Shown piece by piece: positions 22,587 through 29,188 of a stretch of 29,188 nt of DNA. Numbering within the stretch: position 1 is the stretch's first letter; each line of letters starts with the position of its first letter. The stretch is from the NCBI RefSeq assembly GCF_006345805.1, contig NW_021833131.1, positions 1-29,188 of the forward strand. The letters are read 5' to 3'. Source of the stretch: Octopus sinensis. Taxonomy: Eukaryota. Below the pieces are notes generated by a model, which worked only from the letters and a program-made list of their open reading frames with translations, did no database searches and had not been told where the DNA came from. Both the position numbers and the translations under genes were made by a program.

Positions 22587-23807
22587 ATCATATATATATA
22601 TATATACATCAGAGAGAGAGAGAGAGAGAGCGGAAAAGAAAGGGAAACACAGAGGAAAGGAGAGATTGTGTATGTACACTCTCATTCTACATTCTATATT
22701 TTAGAAAAATATCATAATGTATGTTATAATTATTTAGATTATTAAATACTAATACGATATGAATAAAATGAATGAAATAGAATAGGAATGAAAATAAGGC
22801 ACTGATATACATATCCTAGATTATCATATATCTGAAAGAAATGTTGAATATATGTTCATTTAGTGTAAAGAAATGAGGTCGTGTACTTAGTTATTAATTA
22901 TAGAAAACTACGCTATATACGCAACGGCAGCGAAATAATAATCCCAAGGAAAGCCGTATTAAAGCGAAATTTTTATCTCAGATTATAGTCTTAAATATCA
23001 TTGAGATCCTTCGAATGCACAAATATTGAATAATTTCAAATCTATTCATCTCTGGATTATTCGTTATCTTAGTGTTTTTTTTGTTTGTTTGTTTGTTTGC
23101 TATATATTTTTTTTTTTACTTCTTTTTACAGAATATCGACCAAAATTGTGTTCGATTCTCCGTCATATCTATAACAGATAAAAATTGAGGAACCGCTAAA
23201 GTTCAACAGGTTTATAATTTTTTTCTCACTCTTTCTAACACTCACATCCTACTCTCTCCCACTATGCTTCTATCTCTGTCCTTTATCTGTCTACTTTTTT
23301 TCTCTCTCACTTTTCCCCTTCGCGTTGGCACATTTCCTATATTACCTCAATATCCATAGAATGTTCAGCGACAACTCTTTGTCTGTATGTTGACAGTAGC
23401 AGCTGCACCATAGCCGTTACTACTTGTTAAATGTTCTCACAGTGCACAGTTATTAATAGTTTCAAGATGTTTACTGGTGCTAAAGCTTGAAGAATTATTT
23501 CATAAGACATCTGCATGTACTTCAAAGAAGCTTCTATCAGTATCAGATGCCATCTGAAATCGTCAAGTGAAATTATGTCGGAAGCGAAAGTTATTTAGAC
23601 ATCCATATTGTATTACTCTTTTACTCATTTTCGTATCAGATTCGTCTGAATTCCATCACTTTTCTGACAGAGAATCCTATTTTCAGACTAAATATTTTAT
23701 CACATGAGGTTAATAGCGAACATAGGACACGAACTCGGTAAATTAACAAAGAATGAAAGTCAGTTAATTGATCTAAATGTCTAGTTTCAAACCCGACATC
23801 TCATAAT

Positions 23808-23997
23808 AAATAATAATAATAATAATAATAATATAATAATAATAATAATAATAATAACAATAATACACTTTGATGGCATGCACTGCTCTCTCACTCAATA
23901 ATAATAATAATATTGGTAATGATAGTGATGATAATAATAATAATAATAATGATGATGATGATGATGATGATAATGATGATGATGATGATAATAATAA

Positions 23998-24068
<71 letters not shown>

Positions 24069-24110
24069 CAACAACAACAACAACAACAATAATAATAGTA
24101 ATAATAATAA
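23808..24110. repeat. (AAT)n/(GAT)n/(AAC)n compound trinucleotide array
   Basis: Directly visible; two blocks (23808-23860 and ~23898-24110). Confidence 0.92.
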
Positions 24111-24799
24111 AAATATTGCCGTTTTCAAAGCCGGCGAAATATCTTATAAGTTTTATACGTGAAGAAAACAGAATGAGAGATAATATAAGACACACGATGT
24201 TATAGATTATTGTTATAATTTTTGCGAAATCTGTCTGTAAAGAAACTTCTGGTTTGTGACGCATCACCCTCTTTGCCTCTCACTTAATACAGACACACAC
24301 ATACATTTCTCAAGACACTTGAACAAAAAGATGAATCTTTCCTCTCTCTCTCTCACTCTCCCTCTGATTCTTTCCCAATCCCCGTCTCTCTCTCTCTCTC
24401 TCTCTGTATATCTATGTAATGACACATGCGTTTACACACAGTTATATAGATAAGAATATCACACCAGTCTCGTTTGTTTGTCTATATTTATACATAAATA
24501 TGTATGTATGTAGACGAACACATATTTCTCTAAAGTTTATTGTGTAATTCTAACGATATTTGAGCAACAACAATAAGTACAGCACGAATTATTGCGGGAC
24601 AAACATGTCTTATCAATTGGCAAAGCAGCAAATACTTATGCGATTTTTTTTAAGGTAGTCAATTTGATATAAGTATTTATGCTGACGTAATAGGCGAAAT
24701 TCTGATAAAAAGCTATGCACGCTTAGACAAGATTTATGCGTAAATATGTAGACATGTGGCATAAAGCATATATTTAAGATGCTTACAGGACCGTTTGTA

Positions 24800-25195
24800 C
24801 TCTTTTCTAGGCACAAGATCCGAAATTTTGGGGGAGGGGGCCAGTCGATTACATCGACCCCAGAATGCAACTGGTATTTAATTTATCGATGCCGAAAAGA
24901 TGAAAGGCAAAGTCGACCTCGGGGGAATTTGAACTCAGAACGTAAAGACAGACGAAATACTTATTTCTTTACTACCCATAAGGGGCTAAACACATAGGGG
25001 ACAAACAAGGACAAAGAAAGGGATTAAGTCGATTACATCGACCCCAGTGCGTAACTGGTACTTAATTTATCGACCCCGAAATTATGAAAGGCGAAGTCGA
25101 CCTCGGGGGAATTTGAACTCAGAACGTAACGACAGACGATATACCGTTAAGCATTTAGCCCGGTGTGCTAACGGTTCTGCCAGCTCGCCACCTAG
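24800..25195 (-). mobile_element. Family A SINE heterodimer (head-core-tailA-core-tailB)
   Basis: Same architecture as 8441-8836; junction CGAAATACTT|ATTTCTTT at ~24961; distal tail rc GGCCCCCTCCCCCAAAATTTCGGATCTTGTGCCTAGAAAAGA. Confidence 0.92.
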
Positions 25196-25544
25196 ATGAC
25201 GGTCTATATTGGGTTCAGGTGGAATTCGGCCTTGCTGACATTATGTTCCTTAGTTTGGTGATTCAGCCGGGATCAGAGTATACGCACCAGATACAAAGAT
25301 ATAAGTGCTGGTCTCGATGTGACCCATATGCCGCCCCCCTTGGCATCTGGGCCACATCCCTAGCGCGCATCGCCATCCCGTACCACCACAGTCATAGACC
25401 ACTTTCTGCAGCGAATTCAAAAGCACTGTATTTCACAAATAAAACTTAACTTAACGAAATTAACCTAATTAACACATTATTTTGTTGTGCTTGCATGTGT
25501 TGCTCACATCTCATTATCACTCCACTTTACCTCAACGCCACTCT

Positions 25545-25594
25545 TGAGTTACCCCCACACCGAGGGGAAGTACAGTCCACTTTGGGAACCATTG
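25545..25594 (-). mobile_element. Orphan hAT (Charlie-like) terminus
   Basis: rc CAATGGTTCCCAAAGTGG resembles the CAGTGGTTCCCAAA Charlie-type TIR and abuts GTTTAAAC (25595-25602), which fits the NTNTANAN 8-bp target pattern. No second TIR was found. Confidence 0.5.
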
Positions 25595-25720
25595 GTTTAA
25601 ACTAATGATACCCAACTATTTTCGTCTATGAACCACTTCAATTCCAAGTTCACGCTTATAGCCATTCGATGCTTAAGAAAAATCCCGATCTGGCCAAATC
25701 TTTACCACACAGTAATTAGT

Positions 25721-25895
25721 GCTGAGCGGTATTTCTCCCGTCCTCACATTCTGAGTTCAAATAAACCTAGGATCGACTTTGCATTTCATTCCTTCGGGAT
25801 AAAATAAGTACCAGTTGTGTGCTGGAGTCGATATACTCAACTATTTCGTCTCCCTCCAAATTTCAGGCCTTGTACCTATAAAAGAAAAGATTATT
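25721..25895 (+). mobile_element. Family A SINE, 5'-truncated, tail B
   Basis: CTGAGTTCAAAT...GGATCGACTTTGCATTTCATTCCTTCGGG...AAGTACCAG...CCCTCCAAATTTCAGGCCTTGTACCTATAAAAGAAAAGATTATT. Confidence 0.8.
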
Positions 25896-26074
25896 GGATT
25901 ATTGAATATTGTGAATTATGCAAAAGAAAAAAACATTGTTAAAAAATTTCGTGTATTGTAGAAGTTTAACCAAATGATTGTACATAGATCTTAACAAAAT
26001 ACACTTATATGGACCAACAAAGGGCATACGGAATCTCAAGGGTTTTACGGACATCGATTGAGAACAAACCATCT

Positions 26075-26135
26075 CAACCTTCAGGACAGTGCATCAGCTT
26101 CGGCAGACCAGTGACTGAAACGATTTAAACAATAC
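26075..26135 (+). mobile_element. Possible family B SINE tail remnant
   Basis: AGGACAGTGCATCAGCTTCGGCAGACCAGTGACTGAAAC loosely matches AGGCGGTGCTCCAGCATGGCCACAGTCAAATGACCGAAAC. Confidence 0.4.
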
Positions 26136-26161
26136 ATACATGCATACATAAAATGTGTGAG

Positions 26162-26164
<3 letters not shown>

Positions 26165-26210
<46 letters not shown>

Positions 26211-26335
26211 TATATAATATATATTAATAAAAGAAATAAAACATATGCGTATATATAAACATATTATATATATATAGATATATATATATATATATATAAT
26301 ATATATATATGTGTGTGTGTGTGTATATATATATA
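26165..26335. repeat. (TA)n/(TG)n compound microsatellite
   Basis: Directly visible. Confidence 0.9.
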
Positions 26336-26425
26336 AATCTTAGGGTAGCAAAAAAAACATTTTAGAAAAGTTCTTTGCTACCAGTGGTCTAGCGAGTCAA
26401 AAGACTATATATTATTCATAGAAAA

Positions 26426-26499
26426 ATATGGTGTACATTTAAGCACATAAGAGGAGACCATAATAGGACATCTCTTACGTGCTTAAATGTACATTGTAT
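26426..26499. other. 74-nt hairpin (pre-miRNA-like or tiny MITE)
   Basis: 26432-26453 pairs with 26472-26493 at 21/22 positions. Six more base pairs (three G-U) form below on the + strand, and an imperfect upper stem closes a 6-nt loop. Confidence 0.6.
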
Positions 26500-26636
26500 A
26501 TATAAGTGCAACGTGTTATCAAAAAGGAGATAAATGTCACTAAATATCTGTCACTAGCTGTCAGAAAATGTCACTGAGAGTGAGAACACCTCGTATTTCT
26601 AGAAATTTAGGTGTCATATTTGTGTGTGTATGTATG

Positions 26637-26667
<31 letters not shown>

Positions 26668-27129
26668 CAATGTTTTTATGGTTAGTCATAATAAAAACAA
26701 GTCTGCATTAATTTCGTAGGTTACTCTATACTTTTGAAAAGTACAAATATATCATTCTTAAATAACAACATCACTGACAGTGGCTTCGAAGATTCTAAAA
26801 TAACTAAAACTAATAGCAATACGAAAAGAGACACAACAAAATATCCATATCTACTTACAAAGTTGCGCATGCAAGAATAAATTCTAAACAATAAAAGAAC
26901 CCCAGATTTTATCAATAAAAATTTCTCCAAAACACATCTCCGTAAAAAATTCCCCTACAAATTAATTAGCACTCCTCTCAACTCAACTCAGTAGAGACTA
27001 TAAAAAGCTAAGATTCACTTCAATTTATCGTGGAGCTTCGTGGAGCTTTGGGTGTTTTCGCTCAATAAACACTCACGACGACCAGTCAAAGATTCGAAAC
27101 CGCGATCTTAAGAACTCTACACATGCACA

Positions 27130-27184
27130 CACATATATGCGGTGGTATATATGTATGTATGTGGTATGTGTATATGTATACATG

Positions 27185-27226
<42 letters not shown>

Positions 27227-27401
27227 GATAGATAGATAGATACATACATACATACATACTACAAATAATATATACAAATACATACATACTATGTGTGTAT
27301 GTATTTGTTATATATAATATAATATATAATATATATAATATATATATATACATATTATATATATGTGTGTGTGGTGTGTGTGGTGTGTGTGTGTGTGTGT
27401 G
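27130..27401. repeat. (TA)n/(GATA)n/(TACA)n/(TG)n compound microsatellite
   Basis: Directly visible. Confidence 0.9.
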
Positions 27402-27622
27402 TAAGGCGGCGAGCTGGCAGAAACGTTAGCACGCCGGGCGATATCCGTAGCCGTGTTTCGTCTGCCGTTACGTTCTGAGTTCAAATTCCGCCGAGGTCGA
27501 CTTTGCCTTTCATCCTTTCGGGGTCGATAAATTAAGTACCAGTTACACACTGGGGTCGATTAAATCGATTAATCTGCCTGTTTGTCCCCTCTATGTTTAG
27601 CCCTTTGGGGTAATAAAGAAAC
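27402..27622 (+). mobile_element. Family A (Meta-domain-like) tRNA-SINE, full-length monomer
   Basis: TAAGGCGGCGAGCTGGCAGAAACGTTAGC head, B box GAGTTCAAATTCC, core GAGGTCGACTTTGCCTTTCATCCTTTCGGGGTCGATAAATTAAGTACCAG (resembles the MetaSINE/MESC central domain), tail A ending AATAAAGAAAC. Confidence 0.95.
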
Positions 27623-27624
27623 AT

Positions 27625-27642
27625 ATATATGTGTGTGTGTGT

Positions 27643-27675
<33 letters not shown>

Positions 27676-27712
27676 ATATATATATATATAAAATTTGTGT
27701 GCACATACGTTT

Positions 27713-27767
<55 letters not shown>

Positions 27768-27805
27768 GTTTATGCATATCTGTGTGTGTGTACAACACAC
27801 ACACG
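27625..27805. repeat. (TG)n/(TA)n compound microsatellite
   Basis: Directly visible. Confidence 0.9.
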
Positions 27806-28045
27806 GTATTGTTATTAATTTCAATAAATTATTATTTGCAGTATATCCCACTCGCGTCTTTGTCTGTAATACTTTAACCTTGGAAAGAAATCGAAATAGT
27901 TATAATCTATACTATACACACAGCGTCTATATTATTCAGAAAACAATGGACTGATAAAACAATAGAACGAAATCGAACCCGCAATCAATTATAGATGCAG
28001 CATTTACACTATGCTTATTGTTCATAAAACACCGAAAAAAATAAA

Positions 28046-28275
28046 TACTGCAATCCCTCGCCATATCGCGGTTCCCGTATCGCGGTTCACTTATCGCGGT
28101 TAATTATTTAAGCTTACATCGATACATTCGTGGTGTTGTTTTGTATTTATAATAAAATAGATATATACAAATTATGAAAGTAAAAAACAAATGCAGTGCT
28201 GTTTCTACTTCGTTGATTTTCATTTATCGCGGGGATTTTAGAACGTAACAGCCGCGATGATCGAGGCATCACATA
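28046..28275. mobile_element. Tigger/pogo-like MITE (~230 bp)
   Basis: TA-CTGCAATCCCTCGCCATATCGCGG at the left end and CCGCGATGATCGAGGCATCACA-TA at the right end (degenerate TIRs). Subterminal TATCGCGG at 28064, 28078, 28092 and 28225. Confidence 0.7.
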
Positions 28276-28280
28276 CACAT

Positions 28281-28318
<38 letters not shown>

Positions 28319-28704
28319 GCTGTGTGGTAAGTAGCTTGCTTACCAACTACATGGTTCCGGGTTCAGTCCCACTGCGTGGCAACTTGGGCAAGTATCTTCT
28401 ATTATAGCCTCGGGCCGACAAAAGCCTCCTGAGTGGATTTGGTAGACGCAAACAGAAAAAAACTCCTTGTATGTATGTATATATATATATGTGTGTGTAT
28501 ATATGTTTGTGTTTTGTCCCTCCCCACCGACATTGCTTGACAACCGATGCTGGTGTGTTTACGTACCTGGCACTTAGCGGTTCGGCGAAAGAGACCAATA
28601 GAATAAATATTAGGCTTACAAAGAATAGGTCCTGGGGTCGATTTGCTCGACTAAAGGCGGTGCTCCAGCATGGCCACAGTCAAATGACCGAAACAAGTAA
28701 AAGA

Positions 28705-28712
<8 letters not shown>
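28319..28712 (+). mobile_element. Family B (CORE-like) tRNA-SINE, lacking first ~12 bp
   Basis: GCTGTGTGGTAAGTAGCTTGC...GGTTCAGTCCCACTGCGTGGCAACTTGGGCAAGT; internal (TA)(TG) at ~28468-28505; tail GAAACAAGTAAAAGAGTAAAAGAG runs into (GA)n at 28710-28746. Confidence 0.95.
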
Positions 28713-28748
<36 letters not shown>

Positions 28749-28959
28749 CCTAATCCAAGCCCAAGATTTCACAGTGTGTAACATTTTGACTCTGGGCTGG
28801 AAAAGTAATTATTTTACTGACTTGGCTATGGTGGAAATTGAACGAAAAAGAATAAATAAAAAATAAGAAAATACAAAAGAACAAAAAAAAACAAGTAAAT
28901 TTGATACTATAAATCATAATTTGACCTCCGCGCTTCCGATTCCCCCACCGCACTCACAG

Positions 28960-29025
28960 ACCATGTTAGAGAATTGTTATGAACCAATTAGCAGGTTTAT
29001 GGCTTTTTGGTACTTCCTTATATTG
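28960..29025 (+). CDS. Candidate 66-nt exon (unidentified)
   Basis: C-rich tract ending CACTCACAG|, then ACC-ATG (28963) reading MLENCYEPISRFMAFWYFLIL, and donor TTG|GTATGT at 29026 in phase 0. No homology recognised. Confidence 0.25.
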
Positions 29026-29188
29026 GTATGTAAACAGAAGTAGCTACATTAGATTTGAACATAAACACATTATCTTTAAATTAAGGGAAATGGAACATGA
29101 TGTCGGAATCATTCGTATTTTCCCAAAGCATTGCGATTTCCTGCTTTCCTCAATGATCCAAGCAAGCCACTGCACCTACAGACATTCT

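Noticed and set aside
23487-23570. Possible exons on either strand around 23490-23570
   Set aside because: Acceptor-like AGs exist, but donors are weak, most frames stop quickly, and the peptides are not recognisable.
26721-26930. 69-aa hydrophobic ORF resembling a membrane anchor
   Set aside because: It starts with TTG, its hydrophobicity follows from T-rich DNA, and it runs through a consensus splice donor.

Overview
AT-rich, microsatellite-dense eukaryotic DNA, most likely intronic or intergenic sequence from a coleoid cephalopod (Octopus). This assignment is inferred from the tRNA-derived SINE families and the repeat landscape. No protein-coding gene can be identified with confidence. 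Almost all listed ORFs are translations of simple repeats or SINEs; the exception is a decayed, internally deleted mariner transposase (17928-18770). The window holds about 9 loci of a Meta/MESC-domain-like SINE (family A, including a trimer and two head-core-tailA-core-tailB dimers) and about 5 copies of a CORE-like SINE (family B) with an internal microsatellite. It also holds several DNA-transposon relics (mariner, Tigger-like MITE, orphan hAT end) and a ~665-bp foldback element. The most notable signal is a ~140-bp-arm palindrome (6248-6542) whose right arm contains a complete minimal type I hammerhead ribozyme core of the kind known from Penelope-like retroelements, with a damaged antisense copy in the left arm. 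A pre-miRNA-like hairpin (26426-26499) and a few weak exon candidates also merit checking. All alignments were done by eye, and repeat boundaries are approximate.
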